Below, piece by piece: positions 21,134 through 31,509 of a stretch of DNA of 64,000 bases (within the stretch, counting starts at the first letter, position 1; every line of letters begins with the position of its first letter). The DNA is taken from assembly GCA_023819145.1 (NCBI GenBank), contig JAMWCW010000003.1, positions 78,887 through 142,886 of the forward strand, in the 5' to 3' direction. The DNA comes from Candidatus Omnitrophota bacterium (lineage in GTDB: Bacteria; Omnitrophota; Gorgyraeia; DTHP01). The translations under genes were made by a program, and so were the position numbers. The notes beneath the pieces were generated by a model that made no database searches, was not told the origin of the DNA, and saw only the letters and a program-made list of their open reading frames with translations.

Positions 21134-22173
21134 ATGGTCTCAATTTGGTACAGAGGTGTTTTAAATAGAGTTACTGAAAATCTTATTCCTTTTCACTGCC
21201 TCTTAGAGCTTACCTACAGATGCAATCTCAAATGCCTGCACTGTTATGTGGTAAGGGATACTCAAAAAGAACTTACCACTCAGCAATTCTTAAGTATCTT
21301 AGATCAACTTAAGGAATTAGGAACTTTGTATCTCATCATTTCTGGAGGAGAACCGTTAGTAAGAACTTATTTTTTTGAAATTTGCAAACACGCTAAGAAG
21401 AATAATTTTGCATTACGAATATTTACGAATGCTTCCCTAATTAATACAAATATTGCGGAGAGGATTAGAGAACTTAAACCTTTAGTAGTAGAGGTGGGTT
21501 TATACGGGTTTGAAAAGACGCACGATGAAATAACCTAGGTTAGAGGTTCGTTCAAAAAGACTGTAGAAGGAATAAAGCTATTTAAGAAAAGAAATATCCC
21601 AGTTCTGGCAAAATGCGCTCTTTTAAATAAAAATATTTATGAAATTTGGAAATTGAAAGATTTTGTAGAAAAGGAGTTAAAAATAAAAATGCGGGGTATA
21701 GGAGGAGGTTTAGCTTTATCACCTTGTGATAATGGAGACTTAAGACCTTTAAATTATCTACCTACAGATGAGCAATTGAAATGGTATATGAAAGAAGAAA
21801 AAATATCTGAGGAGGAATCAAAACAGCCACCGGATTTTAGAAAACGCCGACTTAATTTTAACCTTTGTGGTTCAGGGATAAGCACTGTTAATATTACTCC
21901 CCATGGAGAAATCAATCCCTGTGTGCAAATAAGAACAAAAAATAAAATAAAATAAATCACAGAAGTATCAAAGATATCTGGCAAAATGCAGAGGAGTTTA
22001 AGTTACTTAGGCAAACGAAGATTAGAGATTTAGAAGAATGTCAAGATTGTGAATATGAAAAATATTGTTTCCGCTGTGCCGGGATTTCCTATCTACTTAC
22101 CGCTTCCTTCATCAAATCCTATCCTGATGCCTGCAGGCAAGCACGTATAAGAAAAGAAATTTACGAGGGCTAA
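21134..22173 (+). pseudogene. Radical SAM/SPASM peptide maturase, disrupted
   Basis: CNLKCLHC motif, SGGEPL; in-frame TAG at 21536-21538; frameshift in the AAAAT repeat at about 21938-21955; SPASM cysteines CQDC..YCFRC..C in the shifted frame; stop 22171-22173. Confidence 0.88.
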
Positions 22174-22246
22174 TTTATTTTACAACCATCTTCTTTCCTG
22201 CTATAATTTTAAACTAACTATTTCCTACTAACTACTATCTCCTAAT

Positions 22247-23614
22247 ATGTTAATTGATACCCATTGTCATTTGGATTTTTCAGAATTTGATAAGGATAGA
22301 GACGAGGTAATAAACCGTGCAAAGGATAGAGGAGTAAAATATTTTATTAATGTTTCCTCCGATTATTCTTCTAATTTAAAAAGTTTAGAGTTAGCTAACA
22401 AATACCCTGAAATTTATGTCTCTTTAGGAATCCATCCCCATTATGCTAAAGATGTGGATGAGAGTATTTTTGAAAGAATTAGAGAATTAGCTAAGGAAAA
22501 TAAGAAAGTAATAGCCATTGGAGAAGTTGGGCTTGATTTTTATAAAAATATCTCTCCAAAAGAAATTCAATTAGAAATTTTCAAGCGATTTTTAGAATTG
22601 GCAGAGGAATTAAATTTGCCCGTAATTGTCCATAATCGGAATGCCCCTAAAGAAATTTTAGAAGTAATTAAAAAATTTTCTTTGAAGGGAGTTTTTCATT
22701 GTTTTTCTGGAGACAACGATTTTCTAAAAGAGGTTCTTAATTTAGGTTTTTATATTTCTTTTACTGCTAATATAACTTATCCCAACGCAGAAAATCTCTG
22801 TGAGATAGTAAAAGAAACTCCCATTGAAAAAATACTTCTTGAGACCGACTCTCCCTTTTTATCCCCTCAAGAAAAGAGAGGTTTGCGTAATGAACCAGCA
22901 AATTTGGTCTATTTAGTTGAGAAATTAGCAGAATTAAAAGGTTTAAGCAAAGAAGACATTATACGCATTAGCGGTTTGAATGCAGTTCAATTATTTAGAC
23001 TTCCGTTTGAAGATAAACCAAAAATTGTTTATCCCATAAGAGATTCTCTATATGTAAATATCACCAATCGCTGTACAAACAATTGCTCTTTTTGTGTAAG
23101 GTTTTATACTGACTATGTTAAAGGGCACAACTTAAAATTAAGAAATGAGCCATCTTTTGAGGAAATTATAAAAGAATTAGAAAAAGAAGATTTCAGAAAA
23201 TATAAAGAAGGGGTTTTTTGCGGTTATGGAGAACCTTTTCTAAGACTTGAGATAGTTAAAAAAGTAGCAAAATATCTAAAAGATAAAGGGATTCGGGTAA
23301 GAGTTAATACCAATGGGCAAGGAAACTTAATTCATAAAAGAAACACTGTTCCTGAATTAAAAGATTTAATTGATGAGGTTTTTGTAAGTTTAAATGTGGA
23401 TAATGAGGAAAGTTATGCTAAAATATGTAAGCCTGATTTTAAGGAGGGTGTTTTTAATAAAATAAAAGAATTTATCTTAGAGTGCAAAAAATACATCCCT
23501 TATGTTACAATTACTTTTATAGATTTACCAGAGGTAGATTTAGAAAGATGTGAGAAGATTGCTAAAGAATTGGGAGTTAATCTTAGAATTAGAAGATTAC
23601 ATCAGGTGGGATAG
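22247..23614 (+). CDS. tatD: TatD family hydrolase fused to a TatD-associated radical SAM domain
   Basis: DTHCH, GEVGLD, ETDSPF, followed by CTNNCSFC and FCGYGEP. Confidence 0.92.
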   Translation: MLIDTHCHLDFSEFDKDRDEVINRAKDRGVKYFINVSSDYSSNLKSLELANKYPEIYVSLGIHPHYAKDVDESIFERIRELAKENKKVIAIGEVGLDFYKNISPKEIQLEIFKRFLELAEELNLPVIVHNRNAPKEILEVIKKFSLKGVFHCFSGDNDFLKEVLNLGFYISFTANITYPNAENLCEIVKETPIEKILLETDSPFLSPQEKRGLRNEPANLVYLVEKLAELKGLSKEDIIRISGLNAVQLFRLPFEDKPKIVYPIRDSLYVNITNRCTNNCSFCVRFYTDYVKGHNLKLRNEPSFEEIIKELEKEDFRKYKEGVFCGYGEPFLRLEIVKKVAKYLKDKGIRVRVNTNGQGNLIHKRNTVPELKDLIDEVFVSLNVDNEESYAKICKPDFKEGVFNKIKEFILECKKYIPYVTITFIDLPEVDLERCEKIAKELGVNLRIRRLHQVG

Positions 23615-23622
23615 ATATTAAG

Positions 23623-23657
23623 AATTCGTAATCCGTAACTCGTAATCCGTAATTCGA
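23623..23657 (+). repeat. Five tandem heptamers (AAYYCGW)
   Basis: aattcgt aatccgt aactcgt aatccgt aattcga. Confidence 0.8.
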
Positions 23658-23666
23658 AACGAAATT

Positions 23667-24698
23667 ATGTTTAAAAAATTGATTTTGGAAAATCAGGTTT
23701 ATTTTTTACTCTTGTTTTTAAGTTTGGTTTTGGGTATTTTTTCTTATCTAAATCGCGATTACTTAGGAATATCGCCGTTAGAAGAAGCTTTTAAAGGAGA
23801 AATTTCGCAATATGAAAACATTAGTTCCGAAGGTTTTGTTAAAAATATCGAACAGAATATTCAGATTTCTTATCTTCTAAAAATTACTTTTTTCGTTGGG
23901 TTTTTATTTTTTATAATGGGGGTATATTTTTGTTTTTCTTTTTTATTTGCTTTATTTAGAGGAAAGGTCACGCTTTTTTCTCAAGATTTCCCTGCTGTAA
24001 ATTGGCAAATTTTAGATATTTTTCGGGTAGTTATAGTCATAATTTTCTTTACAAGTTTTTTAAAGGTAATTGAGCCAATTTTTTTTAGAATATTTGGAAT
24101 TAACATCTTTGTCCGTTTTATGCTCCATGTCCTATTGTTTGACATTTTTTGCTTGGGGTTAATTATCTATTTTGTATATCAAAAACATCGCTCAACGCTT
24201 ATCAGTCTTGGTCTGGGCTTGAGTAATTTTATAAACAATATTTTGCTTGCTTTCCTTCACTATTTAGGAGTAATTCCTCTTCTGTTTTTATCTATATTTT
24301 TCTCTTTTTCTTTCACTCAACTCTTTAAATATAAACCGGAAATTTCTCCGCTCTTCTATTTCTTTTTTCTTCCTCAGCCAAAATTACTGATTTTCTTTAC
24401 TACAATTTTTATTGCGATTATCGGTCCCGTAATCGAAGAGATTTTCTTTAGAGGGTTTTGCTATCCCGCTTTACGCAGTAAAATTGGTCCTTTAAAGGCA
24501 ATGGTTTTAGTTTCTTTATTTTTTGCACTTTTACATATGAATGTGATAGGCTTTTTACCCATTTTTACTTTGGGTTTACTTCTTGTTTATCTCTATGAGA
24601 AGACACATTCCCTTTTCTCTTCAATTGGTGTACATATAATTCATAATAGTTTAATTCTCTATCTTGTTTTTCTCTATCGAGCTCTTTTGCTAAAATGA
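23667..24698 (+). CDS. CPBP (Abi/CAAX) intramembrane metalloprotease
   Basis: PVIEEIFFRG, FALLH, HIIHN motifs; multiple TM helices. Confidence 0.9.
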   Translation: MFKKLILENQVYFLLLFLSLVLGIFSYLNRDYLGISPLEEAFKGEISQYENISSEGFVKNIEQNIQISYLLKITFFVGFLFFIMGVYFCFSFLFALFRGKVTLFSQDFPAVNWQILDIFRVVIVIIFFTSFLKVIEPIFFRIFGINIFVRFMLHVLLFDIFCLGLIIYFVYQKHRSTLISLGLGLSNFINNILLAFLHYLGVIPLLFLSIFFSFSFTQLFKYKPEISPLFYFFFLPQPKLLIFFTTIFIAIIGPVIEEIFFRGFCYPALRSKIGPLKAMVLVSLFFALLHMNVIGFLPIFTLGLLLVYLYEKTHSLFSSIGVHIIHNSLILYLVFLYRALLLK

Positions 24699-25801
24699 GT
24701 TCTCGGCTAGCCATTTTAAAGTGTTTTGATTACTCCCCTGCATTTATATCAGAGTCAATAGAAAAACTTTTTTATCTTTTAGGGGGGATAGAGAAGTTTG
24801 TTAAACCACAGGATAAAATTTTTATTAAACCCAACCTTTTATCAGCAACCTCCCCCCACAGAGGAATAACTACCCATCCTTTATTGGTTAAGGAAGTGGC
24901 AAAGAGATTCAAAGAAAAAGGAGCAGAAGTGTTTATTGGAGATAGTCCTGGGGGAGGGATAAATATCGATGAGGTTTATGAAAAAACGGGAATGCAAAAG
25001 GTTGCTAAAGAACTGGGATTAGAATTGGTTAAATTTGATAAGATTAAAAAGGTTAAAAATTACCCTCTTGCAGAGATAGTTCTTACATGCGATCGTTTTA
25101 TTTCCCTGCCAAAATTAAAGACACATTCCCTAATGGTAATTACGGGAGGAATAAAAAATTCTTTTGGACTTGTTCCGGGCATATATAAAACCGAGCTGCA
25201 TTTAAGGTTTCCTCGTCCAAAAGAATTTAGTAAAGTTATTGTAGATGTATTCAGTTTAAGAAAACCGGATTTGGTAATTGTAGATGGAGTTGTTTCTATG
25301 GCAGGAGAAGGTCCGGCGGGAGGAGTCTTGAAAAATACAGGAATAATTCTAGGAAGTTCTGATGCGGTAGCAATAGATTCGGTTCTGGCAAAACTTATGG
25401 GAATTAATCCCTTTAAAATTCCTACTATCTACGAAGCATATAAAAGAGGATTGGGGAAAGTAGATAAAATAGAAATGATGGGCGAGGATTTGAATTCCGT
25501 TTTATTTAAAGATTTTTCCTTACCTCGCTATTCTTTTCTCAATATTATTCCTCAAACAATTCTCAAATTGGGGGGAAGCTTAATTAGAACTTATCCTTTT
25601 ATAAATGATGTTCTATGTCAAAGGTGTGGGATTTGTATTAAAGGGTGTCCTGCAGGAGCAATTAAAATGGCGTCCCAAAAGATAACAATTGATTATAAAT
25701 TTTGTATAAAATGCCTCTGCTGTTATGAATTCTGTCCTCATAAAGCAATTTCTTTAAAGAAGGGAATTCTTTTAAAGTTATTGGACTTGGTAAGGAGATA
25801 A
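24695..25801 (+). CDS. DUF362 protein with a C-terminal 2x[4Fe-4S] domain
   Basis: KPNLL, TTHP, LPKLKTH; two CxxCxxCxxxCP motifs. Confidence 0.88.
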   Translation: MSSRLAILKCFDYSPAFISESIEKLFYLLGGIEKFVKPQDKIFIKPNLLSATSPHRGITTHPLLVKEVAKRFKEKGAEVFIGDSPGGGINIDEVYEKTGMQKVAKELGLELVKFDKIKKVKNYPLAEIVLTCDRFISLPKLKTHSLMVITGGIKNSFGLVPGIYKTELHLRFPRPKEFSKVIVDVFSLRKPDLVIVDGVVSMAGEGPAGGVLKNTGIILGSSDAVAIDSVLAKLMGINPFKIPTIYEAYKRGLGKVDKIEMMGEDLNSVLFKDFSLPRYSFLNIIPQTILKLGGSLIRTYPFINDVLCQRCGICIKGCPAGAIKMASQKITIDYKFCIKCLCCYEFCPHKAISLKKGILLKLLDLVRR

Positions 25802-25825
25802 ATTTGTGCTATTATAAAAATAGAA

Positions 25826-26863
25826 ATGTCTTTTCAAACATTAAAGTGGCACAAAAATAAATTAATTTTACTTGACCAGCGAAGACTCCCTTTTGAATGT
25901 ATTTATGTCGAATGTGAAGATTTAAAAAGTGTCTGGAAGGCAATTAATACGCTTACCGTAAGGGGCGCGCCGCTTATTGGAATAACTGCAGGTTTTGGAG
26001 TATATTTGGGGGTGAAGGATTCTTCTGCCCAGCATCACTCTTCCTTTAAAAAAGATTTTGATAAAGTAGTCTCCTATTTAGCTACTTCTCGCCCTACAGC
26101 AGTAAATCTTTCTTGGGTATTAGAAAGGATGAAAAATTTAGTGGAGAAAGAGAAAGATAAGCCTATTAAAGAATTAAAAAAAATAATCCTTAAAGAAGCG
26201 GAAAAAATTATGGAAGAAGAGAAACTTGCTTGCAGAAAACTTGCTGAATGGGGGGCGAAGTTGATTAACGATGGTGAAAGAATCCTTACTTATTGTAACA
26301 CAGGAATGTTAGCTACAGTTGAATATGGAACAGCTTTGGGAGCCATTTATCGGGCAAAGGAGAAAGGGAAAAATATAGAGGTTTTTGTTTGTGAAACAAG
26401 ACCATTTTTACAAGGAGCAAGATTAACTGCTTGGGAGTTGAAAGAAAATAAAGTTCCTTTTACTTTAATTTGTGATAATATGGTAGGAACTTTAATTGCC
26501 CGAGGTAAAGTAGATAAGATTTTTGTAGGTTCTGACAGAACTGTAGCTAACGGGGATACTGCCAATAAGATAGGAACCTATAATCTTGCAGTTATTTCTT
26601 ATTACCATAAAATACCTTTCTATGTAGCTTGTCCTTTGTCAAGTTTCGATTTTAGAATTAAAAGCGGTAAAGATATTCCCATTGAAGAAAGACCCCAAGA
26701 GGAGATGCTCTATATAAGGGATAAACGCATTGCTCCCTATGGAGTAAAAGCATATTATCCTTGTTTTGATATTACTCCAGGAGAACTAATTACTGCCATT
26801 GTTACAGAAAAAGGTATATTTAAACCACCGTATACAAAGAGTTTACAAAAGTTAAAACTCTAA
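25826..26863 (+). CDS. mtnA: Methylthioribose-1-phosphate isomerase
   Basis: LDQRRLP, VRGAPLIG, SRPTAVNL, CNTG, ETRP..QGARLT. Confidence 0.95.
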   Translation: MSFQTLKWHKNKLILLDQRRLPFECIYVECEDLKSVWKAINTLTVRGAPLIGITAGFGVYLGVKDSSAQHHSSFKKDFDKVVSYLATSRPTAVNLSWVLERMKNLVEKEKDKPIKELKKIILKEAEKIMEEEKLACRKLAEWGAKLINDGERILTYCNTGMLATVEYGTALGAIYRAKEKGKNIEVFVCETRPFLQGARLTAWELKENKVPFTLICDNMVGTLIARGKVDKIFVGSDRTVANGDTANKIGTYNLAVISYYHKIPFYVACPLSSFDFRIKSGKDIPIEERPQEEMLYIRDKRIAPYGVKAYYPCFDITPGELITAIVTEKGIFKPPYTKSLQKLKL

Positions 26864-26886
26864 ATACGAAATCCGAAATTCGAAAC
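26855..26886 (+). repeat. Four tandem heptamers (AAATCCG-like) overlapping the mtnA stop
   Basis: aaactct aaatacg aaatccg aaattcg aaac. Confidence 0.7.
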
Positions 26887-26909
26887 TGTTAAATAAAGGA
26901 GTAGAAAAA

Positions 26910-27821
26910 TTGAAGAGGAGGATAAACGTAGAGGATATTGGTGAGTTTGGACTTATAAATTATTTAAGTAAAACCATTAAGGATAATAAATCAGTAGTTA
27001 AAGGAATTGGCGAGGATGCAGCAGTGATAAATTATTCTAAAACAAAATACTTGCTTTTTACTACAGATATGCTTATAGAGAATGTGCATTTTAAAATAAA
27101 AGAATCCAGTCCTTATCAGATTGGCTGGAAGGCTTTAGGTTGTTCTTTATCGGACATTGCGAGTATGGGGGGAATACCTCTTTATGCTCTAATTTCCTTA
27201 GGAGTTCCTAAAAATTTATCTTTTGATTTTATTAAAGGCATTTATTCAGGAATTAGAAAATTGGCAAATATTTTTAAGGTAAATATTGTGGGTGGAGATA
27301 CAGATAGAGCAGATAAGTTAATTGTTGATGTATTTTTAGTTGGTGAAGTAGAAAAAAAGAAGGTAGTTTATCGTAGTGGGGCAAAGGTAAACGACATCAT
27401 TGCGGTTACGGGGAGTTTGGGAAATAGTTACAAAATAAAAAAACATCTCAAATTTTTACCCCGGATAAAAGAAGCAAGATTTTTGGTTAATAATTTCAAA
27501 ATAAATTCAATGATTGATGTTTCTGATGGTTTAAGTACTGATTTGTTTCATATTTTAAGAGAAAGTAAAAAGGGGGCAATAATCTTTGACAAAAAACTTC
27601 CTTTAGCAAGAAAGGCTACTATTGAGCAGGCTTTAAATGAGGGAGAGGATTTTGAGCTTTTGTTTACCCTTTCAGAAAAAGAGGCAATAAGACTTTCTAA
27701 AAATAAGAAAATAGCCGTTCGTTTTATTGGAAAAGTTACTGAAGATAGTGGAAAGATTATATTTTATAGTAGAAAAGGTGTTATAAACGGAATAAGACCC
27801 AAAGGTTTTAGGCATTTTTAG
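26910..27821 (+). CDS. thiL: Thiamine-monophosphate kinase
   Basis: GEFGLI, GIGEDAA, SDIASMGG, DVSDGL, GEDFELLF. Confidence 0.93.
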   Translation: MKRRINVEDIGEFGLINYLSKTIKDNKSVVKGIGEDAAVINYSKTKYLLFTTDMLIENVHFKIKESSPYQIGWKALGCSLSDIASMGGIPLYALISLGVPKNLSFDFIKGIYSGIRKLANIFKVNIVGGDTDRADKLIVDVFLVGEVEKKKVVYRSGAKVNDIIAVTGSLGNSYKIKKHLKFLPRIKEARFLVNNFKINSMIDVSDGLSTDLFHILRESKKGAIIFDKKLPLARKATIEQALNEGEDFELLFTLSEKEAIRLSKNKKIAVRFIGKVTEDSGKIIFYSRKGVINGIRPKGFRHF

Positions 27822-28283
27822 ATGAAAGTTTTTATTACTAAAAGCGAAGCGGAGACAAAAAAACTTGGGGAAAATTTAGGGAAAAATTTAATTTCTGGAG
27901 ATGTTCTTTGCTTAGTTGGAGAACTTGGTTCAGGAAAAACGGTTTTGGTAAAAGGGATTGCTCGGGGCTTGGGAATCTTGGAAGAGCTTATAAACAGTCC
28001 TTCATTTATTCTGATTAGGGAATATTCTTCAAAATTAAACCTTTATCACTTTGACCTTTATCGATTGAAGACATTGGGAGAAATAGAATCCCTGGGTTGG
28101 GAAGAATATTTATCCAAAAAAGGGGTTTTGGTTATTGAGTGGGCAGACAAAATGGAGGAAGTTTTACCTCAGGAACACTTGCGTATTGAGATGAAAATTT
28201 TTAGCGAAAAAAAGAGAAAAATTAAGCTAATTCCTAAAGGAAAAAGATATAAAGAGTTGATTAGGAAATTAAAATTTAGTTAA
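27822..28283 (+). CDS. tsaE: t6A biosynthesis ATPase TsaE
   Basis: GELGSGKT, SPSF, HFDLYRL, IEWA. Confidence 0.95.
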   Translation: MKVFITKSEAETKKLGENLGKNLISGDVLCLVGELGSGKTVLVKGIARGLGILEELINSPSFILIREYSSKLNLYHFDLYRLKTLGEIESLGWEEYLSKKGVLVIEWADKMEEVLPQEHLRIEMKIFSEKKRKIKLIPKGKRYKELIRKLKFS

Positions 28284-28291
28284 TCTGTGTT

Positions 28292-28975
28292 ATGAAAATA
28301 CTTAGTTTAGATTCTTCTACAAAAATTTTAACCATGGCAATAAACGAGAGTCGTGATGTTGTTTTTGAGATTGAACGCGAAGCAGAATTTAGCTGTAATA
28401 AGCTTTTATTTTCTTTACTTAAAGAAATGTTTGAGAAGACCAGAATTTCTTTAAAAGATATTGAGCTTTTTGCTGTAGGCATAGGACCAGGTTCATTCAC
28501 AGGAGTGCGTGTGGCTTTGAGTGTCATGAAAACATTCTCTTATTTGAAAAATAAACCTATAATAGGAATTTCTACTTTAGATACTATTGCCTCAAACCTT
28601 AAAGGCGAAGTTAAAGAATTGATTTGCCCCATAATGGATGCCAAAAGGGAAAAACTCTATAGTGCTATTTATCGCAAAGTGGATGAGAAATTAGAAAGAA
28701 TTTCTGATTATTTATTGATTTCTTTAATTGATTTGTTCGAGAAATTAGATAAGGATGTTTTTTTCTTGGGAGATGGAGTTAATCTTTACCGAAAGGAAAT
28801 TATTAGAAATAGACCAGAAGCCAAAATAGCCAGTTATAATTTATATTACCCTAAGGCAGGAAATTTAGGTATAATTGCTTATGAACGTTTTAAGGAAGGA
28901 AAAGTTGACTCAGTTTTTGAACTTCTACCTTTATATCTTTATCCTAAGGAATGCAGTATAAAAACTAAGAACTGA
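28292..28975 (+). CDS. tsaB: t6A biosynthesis protein TsaB
   Basis: ILSLDSST, GPGSFTGVRV, DAKR. Confidence 0.93.
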   Translation: MKILSLDSSTKILTMAINESRDVVFEIEREAEFSCNKLLFSLLKEMFEKTRISLKDIELFAVGIGPGSFTGVRVALSVMKTFSYLKNKPIIGISTLDTIASNLKGEVKELICPIMDAKREKLYSAIYRKVDEKLERISDYLLISLIDLFEKLDKDVFFLGDGVNLYRKEIIRNRPEAKIASYNLYYPKAGNLGIIAYERFKEGKVDSVFELLPLYLYPKECSIKTKN

Positions 28976-28976
28976 A

Positions 28977-30122
28977 ATGGGAGAGATTATTGATATAAAA
29001 ATAAAAAGATATAGTCGGCAAACCTGGGCAGAGGTTGATTTGTCTTCTTTAGGATTTAATCTTAAGCAGATAAAAAACATTTTATCTTCCGAGACAAAGA
29101 TTATGCCCATTGTTAAAGCAGATGCCTATGGGCATGGTTTGGTTGAGGTAAGTAGGTATCTTGTCTCACAAGGAACAGAACAGTTGGGGATTGCGACGGT
29201 AGATGAAGGAATTGAATTAAGAGAAAATGGATTAGGCATATCTTTGTTTCTATTAGGCAATATTTTCCCTGAAGAGGCCGAAGCAGTTATTGAATACAAT
29301 CTTATTCCTACTTTGTGTAACTTAGAAGTAGCCCAAAGGCTCAATGAAGTAGCCCAAGAAAAAAATATTTTTGTAAAAACACATGTTAAGATTGATACGG
29401 GGATGGGAAGAATTGGAGTCTCTTATAAAGAAGCAAAGGAATTTTTCTTAAAAATTAAAGAATTTTCTCATTTAGTTATAGAAGGTCTCTGGACGCATTT
29501 TGCCTCCGCAGAAGATGACTCTTTTACTAGTCTTCAGCTTACAAGATTTAATTTTGTTTTAGAAAGTTTGAAACAATTAGGAATTGGCTTTAACTATATC
29601 CATACCGCAAATTCCATGGCTCTATTTAGAAATAGAGAAACACATTTTAATTTAGTTAGACCGGGAATTACTCTTTATGGAGTTTATCCCGATGTTTCTT
29701 TAAGAGAAATTGTAGAGTTAAAGCCAGCAATGAGTTTAAAGACAAAGATTGTTTTTTTAAAAAAAGTTTATCAAGGAGAGCCAATTAGTTATGGAAGGAC
29801 ATTTTTTACTCAGAGAGAAAGTCTTATCGCTACCTTACCTATTGGTTACGGAGATGGATATAATTGGCTTCTATCCAATAAAGGAAGAGTATTAGTAAGG
29901 GGTCAATATGCTCCTATTGTAGGAAGGGTTTGCATGGACCAGATAATGGTTGATGTGACTGATATCCCCGGAGTTTCTTTAGGAGATGAGGTAGTTTTAT
30001 TGGGTAGGCAAGGAGATTTAGAAATTACTGCTGAAGATCTAGCAGAGCTTTCAGGAACCATTTCCTATGAAGTTCTTTGTAGAATTGGGTCAAGGGTTCC
30101 GCGAATATACAAGGGTGTCTAA
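28977..30122 (+). CDS. alr: Alanine racemase
   Basis: VKADAYGHG PLP lysine motif, DTGMGRIG, GRVCMDQ. Confidence 0.97.
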   Translation: MGEIIDIKIKRYSRQTWAEVDLSSLGFNLKQIKNILSSETKIMPIVKADAYGHGLVEVSRYLVSQGTEQLGIATVDEGIELRENGLGISLFLLGNIFPEEAEAVIEYNLIPTLCNLEVAQRLNEVAQEKNIFVKTHVKIDTGMGRIGVSYKEAKEFFLKIKEFSHLVIEGLWTHFASAEDDSFTSLQLTRFNFVLESLKQLGIGFNYIHTANSMALFRNRETHFNLVRPGITLYGVYPDVSLREIVELKPAMSLKTKIVFLKKVYQGEPISYGRTFFTQRESLIATLPIGYGDGYNWLLSNKGRVLVRGQYAPIVGRVCMDQIMVDVTDIPGVSLGDEVVLLGRQGDLEITAEDLAELSGTISYEVLCRIGSRVPRIYKGV

Positions 30123-30771
30123 ATTTAATTTTAAAAATTTAGATAAAATTATTGAGATTTTACGTAAAGAGGTAAGACAGTATCGCAAGCCGGTAGTAAG
30201 TTTTGTTGCCGATTATTCAAAAAACAACCCCTTCTTAGTTTTAATTTCTTGTCTTCTATCTTTAAGGACTCAAGATAAAACTACGGATAAAGCTACTAAA
30301 GGATTATTTTCCTTGGCAACAACTCCTCAAGAGATGTTAAGACTTTCATTAAGAGAAATTGAGAAAGCAATCTATCCTGTAGGATTTTATCGAGTTAAGG
30401 CAAGAAATATCAAAAGGATCTGTAAAATTTTAATTGATAGGTTTGATGGTAAGGTGCCTAGTGATTTAGAAACACTTCTATCTTTACCGGGGGTAGGAAG
30501 AAAGACTGCCAATTTGGTATTAACCGAAGGGTTTAATAAATTGGGGATTTGTGTAGATACGCATGTGCATCGAATTTCTAATCGCTTAGGGTTTGTAGAG
30601 ACAAAAACCGCCAAAGAAAGCGAGTTTGCTCTACGCAAATTATTACCCCAAAAATACTGGAAAGAATTTAACTATCTTTTGGTTACCTACGGGCAGAATG
30701 TCTGTAAACCCCTAAGACCATTGTGTGCTAAGTGTAAAATTTATACTTATTGTTTGAGAAAAGGAGTATAA
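30115..30771 (+). CDS. nth: Endonuclease III
   Basis: HhH motif LPGVGRKTAN, VDTHVHR, C-terminal Cx6Cx2Cx5C; start uncertain (GTG 30115 or ATG 30067). Confidence 0.93.
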   Translation: MSKFNFKNLDKIIEILRKEVRQYRKPVVSFVADYSKNNPFLVLISCLLSLRTQDKTTDKATKGLFSLATTPQEMLRLSLREIEKAIYPVGFYRVKARNIKRICKILIDRFDGKVPSDLETLLSLPGVGRKTANLVLTEGFNKLGICVDTHVHRISNRLGFVETKTAKESEFALRKLLPQKYWKEFNYLLVTYGQNVCKPLRPLCAKCKIYTYCLRKGV

Positions 30772-30779
30772 TTATATAA

Positions 30780-31508
30780 GTGGAGCAATTTTTTATAGAG
30801 AAAGAGAATATAAAAGGAGATTGTCTTTTTATAAGAGAGTCAGAGGCCCATCACCTAAAGGATGTTTTGAGATACAAAAAAGGAGGGATTTTAAATCTCT
30901 TTGATGGAGAAGGTGGGGTATATCGAGGAGAAATTTTAGAGTTAAGAGGGAAAGAAGTAAAGGTAAAAATATTAAATAAAAAATGCAAAGAGAAAAATCC
31001 ACCCTTTTTCCACTTAGTGCAAGCAATTCCCAAAAGAGAAAAGATGGATTTAGTTGTTGAGAAAGTTACAGAGTTAGGAGTTGAGGAAATCATTCCAGTA
31101 ATTACTGAAAGAACTGTAATTCTTCCTGATAGAGAAAAGGGGGAAAAGCTTCTTGAACGTTGGAGAAAAATTTCTCTTTCGGCAGTAAAACAATCAAAAA
31201 GACTTTTTTTACCCAAAATAAATGAGATTAAAGAATGGTCTCAAGTTTTTAAAGAAATACCCGCTTCAGCGAGTTTATTTATTCCTTCTTTAGAAGAAAA
31301 GGGAATAGCTTTTAAGGAGATTGATTGGGGGAAGCTTAGTAAAGATATTTATATCTTTATTGGTCCCGAAGGAGATTTCACAAAAAAAGAAATCCAGAAG
31401 GCAAAAGAAAAAGGAGCAATTCCTGTGAGTTTAGGAGAGGCGGTTTTAAGAAGCGAGACTGCGGCAATATATTTATTATCGGTTTTAAATTATGAACTGA
31501 AATCCTAA
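30780..31508 (+). CDS. rsmE: 16S rRNA m3U1498 methyltransferase
   Basis: HHLKDVLR, IGPEGDF, LRSETAA. Confidence 0.94.
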   Translation: MEQFFIEKENIKGDCLFIRESEAHHLKDVLRYKKGGILNLFDGEGGVYRGEILELRGKEVKVKILNKKCKEKNPPFFHLVQAIPKREKMDLVVEKVTELGVEEIIPVITERTVILPDREKGEKLLERWRKISLSAVKQSKRLFLPKINEIKEWSQVFKEIPASASLFIPSLEEKGIAFKEIDWGKLSKDIYIFIGPEGDFTKKEIQKAKEKGAIPVSLGEAVLRSETAAIYLLSVLNYELKS

Positions 31509-31509
31509 G

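Noticed and set aside
21536-21538. In-frame TAG as pyrrolysine or stop-codon recoding
   Set aside because: The same gene has a separate frameshift, and TAG terminates normal genes here (mcsB, clpC, tatD).
18353-23614. Impression of altered base composition or skew across metG-tatD, suggesting block transfer
   Set aside because: Spot checks were inconsistent; it needs a computed GC/skew and codon-usage profile.
23623-23657. Tandem repeats as a mini-CRISPR
   Set aside because: The units are 7 nt with no spacers.
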